A DNA stretch of 64,000 bases from Eledone cirrhosa (Eukaryota). A program made the translations under genes and the position numbers. Where the stretch lies: the NCBI GenBank assembly GCA_964016885.1, contig OZ024743.1:220348001-220412000 (forward strand). The letters are read 5' to 3'. The notes under the pieces were generated by a model. That model made no database searches. It had not been told where the DNA came from and saw nothing but the letters and a program-made list of their open reading frames with translations. Shown one piece after another: positions 26,171 through 40,500 of this stretch (its first letter is position 1; every line of letters starts with the position of its first letter).

Positions 26171-26582
26171 TAGATCCACCCTATGCTAGAGAAGCATTCT
26201 GTGTGAAACGAGAAATAACCACTCACTCATGAACCAAACAACAAAGGATCTTCTTTGATATGCACTCACAACGACATGTCATTATTTGGGTGCAAATGTC
26301 TATAAAATACTTCGAATCTAACAATACACCTATTTATAGATAATATATCTCTTTTTATTTATCTCTTCTCTATTTACTCCTCTATTATCTCCTCCCAACT
26401 TCACCTCTTCCCCTTTACACTACCTGTCCCCTCAACGACACGTACGCACTTGGCGACAGTCAAGTACGAAAAAGTGTCCGATCTCTCCAAGTCTACATCT
26501 ACAAGGTCACTAATACAGGTTATGTTCCTTCCATTAACCTGAACGAAGAGTGTGCTCTAGTGCTAGCTACCTCAGCAATGTA

Positions 26583-26649
<67 letters not shown>

Positions 26650-26652
<3 letters not shown>

Positions 26653-26848
26653 CATGTTCAAGACCCCGACGGCAGAGCTCAAGCTGTTTCGACGGTTATT
26701 TCCGGACAGAGTCCAGAAATAGCTGTCGAACCGGCTTGAGATCTGCCGTCAGGGTCTTGAACATTTTCCTATTACCCACTCTACTACCCTAAGTATTGAG
26801 TACTCTGGTGCGTTTTGGTCCACCCGGTTCCTTACCACACTTCCTTCG

Positions 26849-26850
<2 letters not shown>
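26650..26850 (+). mobile_element. Family C fold-back element
   Basis: Hairpin 26655-26763 plus the shared body ending cgtt(AT)n. Confidence 0.8.
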
Positions 26851-26912
<62 letters not shown>

Positions 26913-27178
26913 ACACACATATATATATATATATATGTATATATACGTATATATATGTATGTATATATATATATATATATCCTAGAGAGTTAGCGCCCGA
27001 AAGCTGTATGATGGCCTTACTAGTTTAAAACTGGTAAAATCTCTCTCTCACTATATATATATATATATATATAGAAGTAGAACACTGGTGGGATATATCC
27101 ACAGGAGTAGAGCACTCCTCAGTCCATGGGGCGAGTTTGGTAGAAGTAGTTCCACAACATAGTGCGTCAACTGTTACT

Positions 27179-27274
<96 letters not shown>

Positions 27275-27318
27275 GCGCGCGCGTTTGTGTGTGTGCGTGT
27301 GTGTGTATGAGGGAGAGG

Positions 27319-27370
<52 letters not shown>

Positions 27371-27496
27371 CGAAAGGAGACAGGATAAAACGCAGCCAAT
27401 ATTCTCTCTATGTGGTAGTACAGGTGCCTCGGTAAAATGATCCCAGTTCATGATTTACAAGTATTTGGTGTTGTAGAAACCGCGCCGAAGATGCAA

Positions 27497-27536
<40 letters not shown>

Positions 27537-28943
27537 CACACGTATATATTAATATATGAAAATATATTACATAACGTCATATTCACGAGAATGCAAACCC
27601 TTTGACCCTACCAATTGCGGACCTATTACTCTCAAATGAAATAATACAAAGATGATGGAAAGAGTCGTAAACAATCACCCCACTTCATTATTTTCTCTTC
27701 CTACTCCTCCTCAGTAAATAGCAGTGCACTTTCCTTACGGTTAAATCTACTAGAAACGTGTTTACCTTCGTCCACACTAGTTGTCTCTTGCACTTAAACA
27801 CCTCTGTGAAAAGAAATGAAATACAGTTGCACTTGATATCAGCTCGACAGTTTCTAGAACGTGTATATATAATCTAATATAACCAAGAGGATTACGTCTG
27901 CTTTCGATCTTTTGGTTCGAAATTATACTGTCACAGTCCTGTGCAAAGGCAGGCTTCTCTCTTTCACATATGTATGTATTGACCCGTAGGAGTCGTAAGG
28001 GCACCGTATTGACATACGGCGTTTCTAGAGCATTTTATAGAAGCAGAATCGACCCTAGTTCAAGACTGGTACTTGTTTTATCGACCTTGAATGGATGAAA
28101 GGCAAAGTTAACCTCGGTGAGATTTGAATTCAGAGAGCCGAGAGCCGAAACGAATACCGCAAAGCATTCTATCCGAGATTCTAATGATTCTGTCAATTCG
28201 CAGCCTCTTTTACAAATCCTGTATTAAATTTAGGTATCCCAAGTTCAGTTACGACACTGTAACTGCAAAGTAATGGTTTTTAATTTTGGCACAAGGGCGA
28301 AAATTTTTAGATGAGGAGAAAGTGGATTATATAGACCCCGGAAGCAACGGTATTTGCAAAACACATTTCAACACATAAGGCTAATATTTGTTATATAAGC
28401 TGGGACTTTCAAATAGATGTCCCCTTCCTTGCTTTCAAATGAAGAATGACAATTAATACAGCGTACTCAATACATCAGCTAGAAAGGACACACACACGGG
28501 CACAGACACACTGACACATACACACACACACATACACACATACACACACACGCACACACAGACACACACATATATATATATGTACATACTTGTACGTATG
28601 CGTACACATATAACACACACTCATACACACTCACATGCGCACTCACTTGGCGGACGCATGCGTAATCCTTGAGTATACCGTGTCACTCTCACTTTTTATG
28701 ATACCTTATACTGCAAGATCAATAAAGTCTGATAAAGTTAACCATATTAAAAATATATGTCTCAATTATTGTAAAAGTATTTCCATTTATATATCGATCA
28801 TTTAGGAGAACATTAATAAACGAATTATTATCTAAACAATTGCAACTGATTTGAAACAACATAGAATAAAATACATGAAATTTAATAAACTTACAATGTA
28901 AGGAATTACTTATTTCATAAAGAAAATGCGTGTTATTACTCAC

Positions 28944-29384
28944 CAATAAAAAATGGAATGAAACCTTCTGGTTTTATAACTTTATTACTATTTTCTAGAA
29001 ATCTGGTTGGTCTAAAATTGTCCGGATCACCCCAGAAAGCCACATCGTTCATGATAGAACCGAGGTTCGGTATTACGATACAGTCTTCAGGAATGTGATA
29101 ACCGCGAAATGTAATAGTGTGTTCTGGTTTTCTGGCGAGCAGTAATTGAACGACGTTGGCGTGGCGTTGCACTTCCATAATGCATGCTTCCAGGAAAGGT
29201 AAATGTGGACGGTCATCTAAAGACGGTAATCGCTTCCGGCCGATGTGTAAGTCAATCTCTTTCTGTATAATATCTTGTAAATGTGGATAGTTCAGCAGGT
29301 AGACTAAGCACCATAGTAGAGAGCTGGTCGTTGTTTCCATACCGGCTACAAGCATATCGCCAATGACGGTTCGCAATTGTCCAA
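28944..29384 (-). CDS. Cytochrome P450, internal exon C
   Basis: I-helix AGMETT, K-helix EVQR (ExxR), meander FRPTRFL, ends PFFIG. Acceptor ctacag, donor GTGAGT; 441 nt, phase 1/1. Confidence 0.95.
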
Positions 29385-29597
29385 CTGTAGGATATAAATA
29401 TATTAATAGATAAATAAATGCGTGAACCAAAAAGTGAACAATGGCTTTTAATTTAGGTACAAGGACAGCTATTGGAGGGTGGGGGAAAAGTCGATTAAAT
29501 TGACCCCAGAAATTGACTGGTACTTTATTTTATCAATCCCGGTAATATACAAGACAACGTTGACCACGAAAAGATTTGAACTCACAAATAAGGGAAT

Positions 29598-29777
29598 AAT
29601 TGTCTTTACTTTAGGCACAAATTACCCAGTGCATTACTGGTACTTTATTTTATCGACCCCGTAAGGATGAAAGGCAAAGTCAACCTCGGCGGGATTTGAA
29701 CTCAGATCGTAAAGGGACGTAACTATGCTGGAAAGCATGGCGTCTGACCCTCTACTGATACTGCCAATCCACCGCCC
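29598..29777 (-). mobile_element. Family A SINE
   Basis: Matches the family consensus. Confidence 0.85.
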
Positions 29778-32523
29778 TTGGCGGAATAATGAATATATTT
29801 TTATACCAACTTCCACACATCCACGTCTTTTCCTGTATTTATTCTTGCTGCATATTACACCCCATGGATACAGAAATAGTTGAGTGGTGAGGATGTTCAC
29901 TTTGCAATCATGAGGATCCGGGTTCGATCCCACTGTGTGGTATCTTGAGAAAGTGTCTTAATTTTGCTATAGTCCCGGGTGGACCCAAGCCATATGAGTG
30001 AAATTGGGTAGGCGGAGCTGCGTGGAAAACCACTGGATGGATTGCACTCGCAATTCAAATCTCCGGCTATGTAACGTATTGTGTCACGCCTATTTGGCTT
30101 AGTAATTTAGTCAAGGGTCAAGGGAAACGTGCCTCTGAAATACTCAGCCATTTACACGCCTATTTACACACTGGACGTTCATTGATCTAAAAACTGAATG
30201 CTTATCGTCGAAAGCAGAGGAGGATCCGTCACCAGAGCTCTATTCTGAGTTAAATCTCATAAATGTTCACTTAGAATTTTGGCCCAAACCTGGTCTCTCA
30301 TGATTGTGAAGCGAACTTTTTAACAACTCAACCTATTCAGCCAAATCATGCGGCCACAGTTCTAATAAAATCTTGAAGACGATCTATCACCACCACTTAT
30401 TATAAATATCTTCCTCTATCATCCCATGTATGAGAAAATTCAGCAGACCTTTCAATCTCTAAAAACCCGAACGGGGAGTACCACGAATAAAGTGCCACCA
30501 AACAGGGAGAAATGAACAAAATGGGGAGATTTTACATAATGAAAGCTATGCCCATTTTCACAAAAAAGACATATCTCACCCACCCCGAAGAGTGTGGGAG
30601 ATCTACCCGATGGATGGGGAGAGTTGACAGGTCTGAGCTATTCAGGTACAAGCAAATTCCATGTCCCAAGTTCGTTTCTTTTTCAATTGTTCTCAGACTT
30701 TAGTAAACACTTATGAAAGATGCTGAACCATAATTTTAACATTATAAACAAATCTGGATGTCAAAGCAAACTAAAAGACGACGAATATAAACACCAACTT
30801 TTATAAAGAAAACAAATACAAAAAAAACAACAAATCTCTATATATTAAAGTGTGATAGCTATAATAGAGTAAGACAGCTAAGTTCCGCAAAGGTGAAAGA
30901 AAGAAGCCCATAGCGTCCATTCAATGTCAAAACGAGAAACTCGTGATAATATTATTTGCACAACTCAACATATTATTCCAATCACGTTTCGTACGATGAA
31001 TAAATTTTCAGTCAAACAATCTCGTTACCGTCGTATTTAGCGCCATCTATAATCAATAATGGGATAATATTTAGATTATGTATCACAATACCGATTTGTT
31101 TTGTTTTTTGTTTATCTGCTGCATTTCTTTTCTTTACTGTTTTTTTTTTCTCTCTCTTCGCATCTTTCATGTTTATTTTCAGAGTGTCATTTGATTTGTA
31201 TGATCAAGAATCTCATGAAATGTTAGAATTTATTAACTTGCTTTTGGTCATTTTTTGTGGGACGTGGACACCAACATATCTATGAATGTGATGGCTATCC
31301 AAATACATTTTGGTGAGGTTGGATGGGGAGAGTGATATTGATTTGCAGATCTAATGTTTGATTTGTGAAGATTCTTCAAGACATTCTCTTTTGTGTATAT
31401 TGGGTAATAATGGTTTCTAATTTAGGCACAAGCCCAGCAATGATTGAAGATGGAAAAGAGGAAAGTGGATTAAATCGACCTAGTATTTGACTGGTTCTTT
31501 ATTTCATCGGCCTCGAAAGGATGAAAGGCAAAATTGACCTGAGCACGATTTGAACTGAAAAAAGTGATAATAAATACCTCAAAGCACTTTTTTTACAGTC
31601 TAAAAGCTCTACCAATGCATTTAGGGCAGGTATGTTATTTCATCGACCTCCAAAAGCTGAAAGCTGAAAGGGATTTGAATTCAGAACGTAAAGAGCCGAA
31701 AAATATACCCAGAGGTGGCGTAACTAATTAATACTATGCATTATATTCCACACTCAGCTCAATCTGGCAATACATGCATGCATGGATTCTTTACTCCCGC
31801 TGTAGTGGTAGATGAGACGTTGTGACATATGACATGTCTTGGGATTTTAAACTTAGAGAAACATATCCCTCTCTAGATCTGAACACAGCCGATAGATTCA
31901 AGAGAGGGAGAAGGAGGAGGAGGAGGAGGAGGAGTAGGAGGAGAAGAAGAAGAAGAAGAAGAAGAAGAAGAAGAAGAAGAAGAAGAGAGAGAATCGACCC
32001 AGTACTGGATTGGTATTGTATGTATCGACATCAAAAGGATGAAAGACAAATTTGACCTCAGCGGCATTTAAACTCTGAGCATAGAAAGCCGGAAGGAATA
32101 TTGTAAAATATTCGAACACCAACAGCATCAATACACTGACCTTACCTCTTAACCTCATGTATTGCATGAAGTCAAATTAGCAAGATATTCTTGAAAAGTT
32201 CAAAAAGCACTATGGCATCATCACTTTACACTAACACTGCAAAGTTTCATAAAGATTTCTTCAACATTAAAGATACTATAAAAATTTGAATTAACAAACA
32301 ATATGAAACCCCATTAGGAAGACATCCTTGAAAAGTACAAAACAGCATAATGATTCCATTACATAAATTGTCTTTACGTTAATACTGCAAATTTTCATAA
32401 TGACCTATTTACCAGTAAAGATACAATACACATTTAGATTGATAAAGCTATTTTGAAATATTTCTGCGAAATGGTTCGTTATAAGATAGCAAGGGTTTAA
32501 AAATTTAATAAAAAGAGCCTCAC

Positions 32524-32819
32524 CAGTAAAAGAAGTCTCCGGGTTGCTGGCGCTTTGTAAGCCCATTTCTTTAATGTAGGCATCTGTGAAATCTTTTATG
32601 TTTAACTCATCGAAATCCTCCAGGTGGCGCTGTACGACTCCCTCAATGAATCCTTCCATTTTCTTGATATTCTTGAAAACTTTCTTGATTTTGAAAGGAT
32701 CTCCGGGAAGATGTTCAAGGATCGGAAAGAAGTTAACAACTGTACTTACACCAACATCCTGCATGTTCTCATCAATTCCTTTCACATACTGACGAAATTC
32801 AGGATTATTATAGTCGAAT
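32524..32819 (-). CDS. Cytochrome P450, internal exon B
   Basis: RFDYNNPEF...NFFPILEHLPGDPF...IKDFTDAYIKEM (F/G/H helices typical of CYP2). Acceptor tatcag, donor GTGAG; 296 nt, phases compatible with both neighbours. Confidence 0.93.
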
Positions 32820-33472
32820 CTGATAATTTTGAACAAAAAAAGAAAAAATTATAGATATTCATATAAACTTAACAAGGCAGCGAATTGGTAGAGTGGTCAA
32901 GCCGTCCGATTAAAAAGGCCTCGGGCTTTGTTCGTGTTCTCTGTGCTCCTGCATTCAAATCACGCCGAAGTCAACTTTGTCTTTCATCCTTTTAAGGTCA
33001 ACAAAGAGCTCCTTTTACAGGCCGTCATGAAAAGGATGATAGTACTTTGGTTTTTTGGTTTTTTACTATAATCCTTCTCTATGGCCTCACTAACCTGATT
33101 AGTGGATTCTTAACAATGAACCACTTTATTTCATTCCGAAGAACTTTATATTCTTTTCTTTGTAAATAGTGAATTATACTGTTTTCTTTTATGCATCTTT
33201 TTAAATTTTCAATTTACACACGGCTAGTGAAATAAAGGATTAAATAACGTAGCAGCCCGGTACTGGGGTTGATTTTTCCTCTATTTCTCCCAACGCTTCT
33301 CTTTCCTCTTTGGAAGACATGAGCTGTGTTACGCCCTGGAGAGGAATGGAGCCTGCAAGATTTAAATGCCCAAGACGCGCTGTGAGTTAGGACAGCGAGC
33401 CTAAGACTCAACCAGGAGTTAAACGCCCTTTACCTTACCATATATACCTAAAGTGGTGCTCCAACCTCGTCA

Positions 33473-33618
33473 CAGTCTAACTACTGAAACCAGTAAAAGA
33501 CGTTAATGTAATGAATATAGGTAATTAATTCAATATTCTATGAACAACTGAACAACGCCATCAGTTAAAAAGCCTTATAGTAATCATAGGGAGAGAGAGA
33601 GAGAGAGAGAGTGGGATC

Positions 33619-33694
<76 letters not shown>

Positions 33695-33801
33695 GATTAC
33701 TATAAGGCTTTTTAACTGATGGCGTTGTTCAGTTGTTCATAGAATATTGAATTAATTACCTATATTCATTACATTAGCGTCTTTTACTGGTTTCAGTAGT
33801 T

Positions 33802-33806
<5 letters not shown>
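33473..33806. repeat. Long near-perfect inverted repeat with a (GA)n/(CT)n centre
   Basis: 33474-33610 is the reverse complement of 33670-33806; ends in (TA)n. Confidence 0.9.
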
Positions 33807-33842
<36 letters not shown>

Positions 33843-34239
33843 GGCGGTGTAAGCATTTCTGAATGAAGTGGGGGGGAATTTGGTCAATTTAGTTGTAGTG
33901 ATTAGTTTAGCCCTTTGCACTCTAAAATTGTCAGAAAACTCCGATATTCTATAAACATGACATGTATATAAATTGTAGCGTATATCCAAATAGATGTGTG
34001 TTTTGGTAGTTTGGGGAGAAAATATAATTATGGGTGGGGTGGGCGTGGCGACTCTATCAGGAGTTATGGGACCATACCATACATATATGTAGCGTTTTCG
34101 TTCCGTGTATGAACATAAATAATATATATGTGTGTGTGTGTCTGTTTGTATATAGATATATACACAGACAGATAGACAGACAGACACACACAACCCCCCC
34201 CCCCCCCACACATATATAGGTTTGGTTGTGCAAAAAATA

Positions 34240-34420
34240 ATTTCTAATATAGGCACAAGGCCAGTAATTTGGGGGGAGGGGAAAGTCGATTTATCAATCC
34301 CGTAAGGATGAAAGGCAAAGTTAACCTCAGCGGGATTTGAACTCAGACCGTAAAGGGCCGTAAATCTGTGATGCAAAGCATGGCGTCTGACCCTCTACTG
34401 ATACTGCCAATCCACCACCC
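34240..34420 (-). mobile_element. Family A SINE
   Basis: Matches the family; ttggttgt flanking duplication. Confidence 0.8.
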
Positions 34421-34713
34421 TTGGTTGTACAAACAATGGAAAAGAAAACTCATACAGAGAAAAGAGCGATGCATATAAAATCATAGCTTTGAAGCTAACC
34501 TAAAGACACAATCGCCAAAAGTTTCGAGCCTGCATAATAAACGTACACAAATAGTTTATTATTTATCCGATTTAACTAGCATGCTTCTATTGAGGATTTC
34601 GATTGTTAAATTTGTTTGTTTTAATAATATTTTGACACGACTGTATGTAAAATCCCCGACATGTGTCTTTGTATTGTCCCCTTTTCTTGTGCGCCCTTGT
34701 GGCAAATAAAGAA

Positions 34714-34752
<39 letters not shown>

Positions 34753-35637
34753 AACACAGCTGTCTATATATCTACATACATATTTGTATATCTATGTATC
34801 TACCTACTTTCCTATCAATATATGTTTGTATTAACCTGCCTCTCTTTATATATATATACAAATATCTCAGCATATATATATATAATTAGTGAGTGAGAGA
34901 TAGAGAGACAGAGAGATAAATAAGTACACCCTTGTCAAAAATCAACAAAAACACTGTGAGTACATTCATTACGTATTTTTTTACTTTCTAATCGTTGAGA
35001 AGGTCATTCAAGAAGATATTACTTCATTTTTTTGTTTTGTTTATTTATCAACTAACACCAAGCTTTATTTCTAAAAGGAATAGAGATCAAATGACGTCCG
35101 ACATTTTGTTTACCTGTACGTAAAAGAGAACGGGCCAAGTCGTGTTCACTACGGTGCCTATCAACAGTAAGATCTATTCTTGCCATGTTTTTATTTGATA
35201 TTTTTTTCAAATATATTTTACGTCTTTACCATGTATGACACGAAAGTTCAATGTTCCACTAAAACTTTCAAGTTTCCCATGAAAGTGAATGTTTGTGTTA
35301 TCAGGCCTAAGCATTAATCAACCAGCGGATGTGTATTAGGTAATATAAAGAGACGACCTCACACAGACACAAATACATGTATATTTGTATACAGTTGTAG
35401 TTGACGGCCGAGAGAAAAATGTACTCAATCCTGAAGTAGAGTTTAAATATTCATTTTATTAAGGCTAAATAGTGAGTCTTGTCATTCTGGAGTTTCAACT
35501 GCTTCTCACAGGGTCATCAAGAACATGATGACCTTGTGAGAAGCCACTGAAACTCTATTTAGTCTTAATAAAATGAATATACATAATGCGATATATGTAT
35601 GCATTTATAGATAAATACACACAGACACATATATATA

Positions 35638-35714
35638 CAGGGTGTCCTAAAAATGATTAGAATGCTTTGATTAGAATGCTGTTGAAGTATGCATACATTT
35701 TGGGGGGACAGCAT
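35638..35714. mobile_element. Small Tc1/mariner-type MITE remnant
   Basis: TA-CAGGGTGTCCTAAAAATG ... CATTTTGGGGGGACAGCA-TA. Confidence 0.5.
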
Positions 35715-36586
35715 ATATATATATATTTATAGATAAATATCTAAGTCTAAAATCTAAGGTCTGTCTTGATCCCGGAAGCTCATCAGGCCGGCGCTTATCC
35801 CAGTTTCCGTGACGTGGAGCCATTATTTTCCACACGGTACAATTTCATACATCATAAACCGAAGCAAACATCGACCTAAGTAGTCAATTATTAATGCTAA
35901 CGTCTATTGTTCTTTTTTATTGAGAAACATAATCATCATACATATATATATCGTATATCATTTCATCATTCATTTTACGTCCGCTTTTTCCCTGCTTGCA
36001 AGGGTGGGACGGGAACTGATTCTGGCTTGATTTCTACAGCTGGATGCCCTTCCTAACACCAACCTCATTTACAGTGAGTGCTGGGTGCTTTTTTGCCGTG
36101 TCACCTCCACGACCACTTTGCAGTGGAATGATAGGGACCCCAGTCCCTATCATCTCATTTTTACAGCTGAGTAAACTGGAGCAATGTGAAATAAAGTGCC
36201 TTGCTAAAGGAAACGACACATCACCCGGTCTGAGAATTGAACTCACAACCTTTCGATTGCAAGGCCAATGCTCTAACCACTAAGCCATGTGCCTCCATAC
36301 TAATCCATGTGCCTCCATATATATATATATGTATATATATCTTATATATATGATATGGTACCTTAACATAGTATTTAACTGCCCCGAATTCTTAATTTGT
36401 TGAGCTGCTTAAACCGTAACTAGTACTTCGCACCTCTTTCCAGCGGATACGACGTGAAGTCCTATTTGTATATTTAGAGACAGTTGAAATGTTCTTTCAC
36501 ACTTAGCGGTGTATAGTTTTATCTAGTTCTCAGACCATACAGATATAAAGCTATTTTATACTGTATTGCGATATATCCAAAGACGA

Positions 36587-36711
36587 TTCCTCTGATGATT
36601 AGTTTGGCGTCTTCCGTAGCTTTACCAATATCGATAGTTGGTAATCTATAATTGATTACTTAGCCCGATTTTTGCTACGGTTTACGAACTATGAAACGGT
36701 ACCGTAAGGAA
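36587..36711 (+). ncRNA. Type I HHR with ~90-nt branched stem II
   Basis: ttcct-CTGATGA-tTAGTTTG..CCGTAGC...GCTACGG..CGAACTAt-GAAA-CGGTACCG-TA-aggaa; all core nucleotides canonical. Confidence 0.88.
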
Positions 36712-36830
36712 AATAATGGTTTTTCCACCTCAAGTATGTATTTCATCCTAAGTCTTTCTCAAACGATATATTCTCCCTCTCTCTATATTTATAAATATAT
36801 TTTTTATTTGAATTACACACACACATATAT

Positions 36831-36916
<86 letters not shown>

Positions 36917-36992
36917 ATGTGTGTGTGTATGTGTATATGTGTCTGCATGTGTGTGCGCGTGTGTAATATTTTGAAATATAACTACAACTAAC

Positions 36993-37218
36993 CGTTGTCC
37001 GAAAGTTATGGAACATATAACATTGGCAATAGCTGTTTGTGTGACGTCATGGATATCAAATGGGACGTTCACCATTTCGTCAATGGCTTCAATGAACGCT
37101 TTTAGTTCAGTTTGTACACGGAATTCCAAGTTGACTTTCCGAAGACCAAATTCTTTTAAAGCACCGAGTGTGAACTTTCGTTGTTCTTTCCAGGTAACAC
37201 CGTTTGTTGAGACAATTC
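36993..37218 (-). CDS. Cytochrome P450 (clan 2, CYP2-like), internal exon A
   Basis: [25 protein letters not shown]...[12 protein letters not shown] contains the C-helix WxxxR motif. Acceptor ttacag at 37219-20, donor GTTAGT at 36991-2; phase 1 in, phase 2 out, matching the next exon. Confidence 0.93.
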
Positions 37219-37271
37219 CTGTAAATAAAGGTAGAATGATAGAAATGTTATATACATATATATACACACAC

Positions 37272-37380
<109 letters not shown>

Positions 37381-37560
37381 TCCAATTAGACTTTTGATGA
37401 ACGATAGCTAGTTTTAATTAGGCCCAGGATATCGTCAAGCATCTGGTTAGCCTAGGTCCTTCCATTTACGTAACAATATATATATATATATATAAGGTAC
37501 AATCAATCCTGGCATTGATAAATATGCTGGGTCCGTCAACTCATTATTATTATTATTATT

Positions 37561-40500
37561 GGTCTAAGCGAACGTATTTTTCTCGCTCGCAGTAAGTCGC
37601 TTTATTTGCCTGTTAAAATTATTTGTTGTTAAATATTTCTTGTTGTGTAAGGGATATAAGCCCTTAGACTTTGCCCTGTGAAGGGGAAAGTATAATATTC
37701 GGGCCTTTTCGCCCAAATATTTGAATTTTTTTTACATGTTAAAACATTTACGGAGAAAAAAAAACATGGCTGAGCCACGTCCCCCAGCGGTATGTCTGCT
37801 GTCGTGCGACAACGACGTGGAAGTTGAGAGGAGCGCTACAGCGAAATTAACACACATTGATAACACAAACACCACCACAAACAATGTAAACAAAGACACC
37901 AATGATACCAATGAGAACTCTAATTTTGAAAAAAATGACAGTAACAGCGAGAACGAAAATACAGATAACAAAAAAAAAAATAACAAATACAACAATATCA
38001 ACACCACTAACATGAAAACAAATAGCGACAACACCAACAGCAACAATACCAACTGCACCGAGAACAACGGTGGCAACAAAGACAACAATGATAACAGCGA
38101 CAGTGCTAACAACAACACCAACAAGAACAACGAGAACGACCACAACACCCCCAACGAAAACAAGAAGAACATTTTCGCTGCGGCAGCAGCAAAAAAGAGG
38201 CCATGCTTCAACATGGACCTCTCAAACAAAGATGAAAAGTTGACCCAGGCATGGAAGCTCATCAAGCAAGAGCAAACCTGGGCCAACTTAACTGTCCCGG
38301 TAGAAGCTATTGAGGCAGTGGAGCGCAGAACGGTGCATTATAGATGCATCTCAGCACAAACAAAAACGGCAGCTTTAATCCCACAAGAAGATGTCGAAGT
38401 CGCACTGAGGTGCATCAGAGAAGACACCGAATACATAGAGAGGGGCAGACAGTACGGAACCATTCGGTGTTGTTCAAGTCAGAAGCCCTCGCTATGAAAC
38501 ACGCTATGACTCCTTGCAAAACCAGCAAGGTCATAATGTACCCCTCCAACATGGGAAAAAGAACGGCCCGTCTCCGCATTCCCAGAATCCCACCAGGACT
38601 TGACATGTGGTGGTTTCTGGGATGGGTGATTGTGGAGGGGACGGATACCGTCCCTATAGAAGTGACCAGAACGGCCAGAGAGGACTGGTCCGAGGTTGAC
38701 CTGGAGATCCTTCACCAAATCAGGCCCGAGAATGTGAAGACAATCCCGGACCATATCCGCCTTCAGAATGGGACGGTCATTCACATTATGACCGAAGGCA
38801 AAAGGCCGCAGTGTTTTGTTAGTGGGGAAAAAACCCATTTGCGAGCCTTCTGTCCTCAACTGCTGAAAGAGGCAAGGGGTTGAAAGGCTCCACTGCTGCC
38901 GACGCCGGGGCGAGGACCACAACCAACACCAGCACCGGCAAAACCACCAACAACATCGCCAATAGCAAGACCACCACCAACATTGACCACCCAGGGGGGA
39001 AACGAGGAAAGCTGTCAAATACCCCCCCCCCCCCAAAAAAAAAAATACACACACCAATAAAACCATAAACATACATACAGACACACTTACAGACACAGAC
39101 ACCTCATCTACCAGTAGTGAAGATGAGGGAAAACCAAAATCCCCCAAAATACAAAAAAGGAAACACAAAAAGAAAAAAAAAACTCAACAAAGCACAAAAG
39201 CACCCACAATAAAGAACGCAGACACCACCCACGCAAACATCTCTCCAATAACACCAACATCAACACCACCATCACCATCACCAGAATAGCCCAAACGCAA
39301 ACAACCTAAACAGACGCAAGAACAAATATACACACAAACATCTGAAACCACAGACACCGCACTCACAACAACACAGATACAATCGAAACAACACCACCAA
39401 AACCATCACCACCACAGCCACGCAAACAAGTAAAATCTCACCAGCAAAACATACAAAACTTCGTGCTCGTCAGGAGGGCCAACAAGGAACTGATGGCCCT
39501 CGTAGCACGAAGTGAAAATATACAAAAAGAGGTGGAAATTTTTAAATCGAGCACATTTCGCGTGCCGGAAGATCTGGTTCTGGTGCGAATGTCGCTCGAT
39601 ATATTCAAAGAAATACGAGACAGCTTTCCTCGGGACGTGCGAACCCCGAATGTAAAACCCACTTCAAGACTTTTAAAGGGGTTCCCAAAAGAACCCCACC
39701 AACTATGGAGGTCGAACAACCCGACCTTCACAAGAGCCCGGAAGGTAAGTAAACCTTCCTCTCTCTCTTTTTAACCTGCCAATATGGCCGTATTAAGAGT
39801 AGGATTTTAAATGTTCGAGGCCTGAGATCGTCCTGGAAGCAGGGTCACCTGCTCAACGACCTCAGGTCTATAGAAATGGATGTAATTGTCGTCAGTGAGA
39901 CCAGGATTTCCGACACGTGCCCACTAACCCCAATTTTCGACGACTATCGGATCTTTGCATCTATTAGCCGGCCGGGAATGGGAGGCGGGGTGGCAGTGCT
40001 GTTTAGGAAAGGCCTGGATCTCGAGGTAAGGTCGATCTTCCGGGACCCGGACGGAAAGTTGGTGGTCCTGGACGTGAACAATAACGAAGGTGGTGCCTTT
40101 AGACGGATGGCCGTCTATGCTCCTACTGGGGCAGGACGGCCGGACTTCTTTAGACGCCTGGAAGCCTTTCTGTGTACGTCTCGCCCTTTACTGTTAGCGG
40201 GGGACTGGAACGGCATCTTAGACGCACGCTTGGCCTGAGTGGGAGTATCTGATAGGAGCGGGGAGTGCAAAAGCCTCAAGAACCTGATCAGCCAGTTCCA
40301 ACTGTCTGACAGGTACCGACTAGATTTCCCTAATGCGCCAGTGTGGACCTGGGCTAACCGCATAGGGTCATCTAGATCGTATATAGACAGGATATTCATT
40401 AGGAAAATAGACAGAAAGCTGTCCACGTTTTGAAACGGTCGCCTATTCAGATCACAAGTTTGTGATCTGTATGGTCGACCTAGATAAGACGCGTAGGTTA

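Noticed and set aside
37390-37462. TTGATGA-ACGATA...TATCGT motif
   Set aside because: GAAA is absent (CAAG); too degenerate to call.
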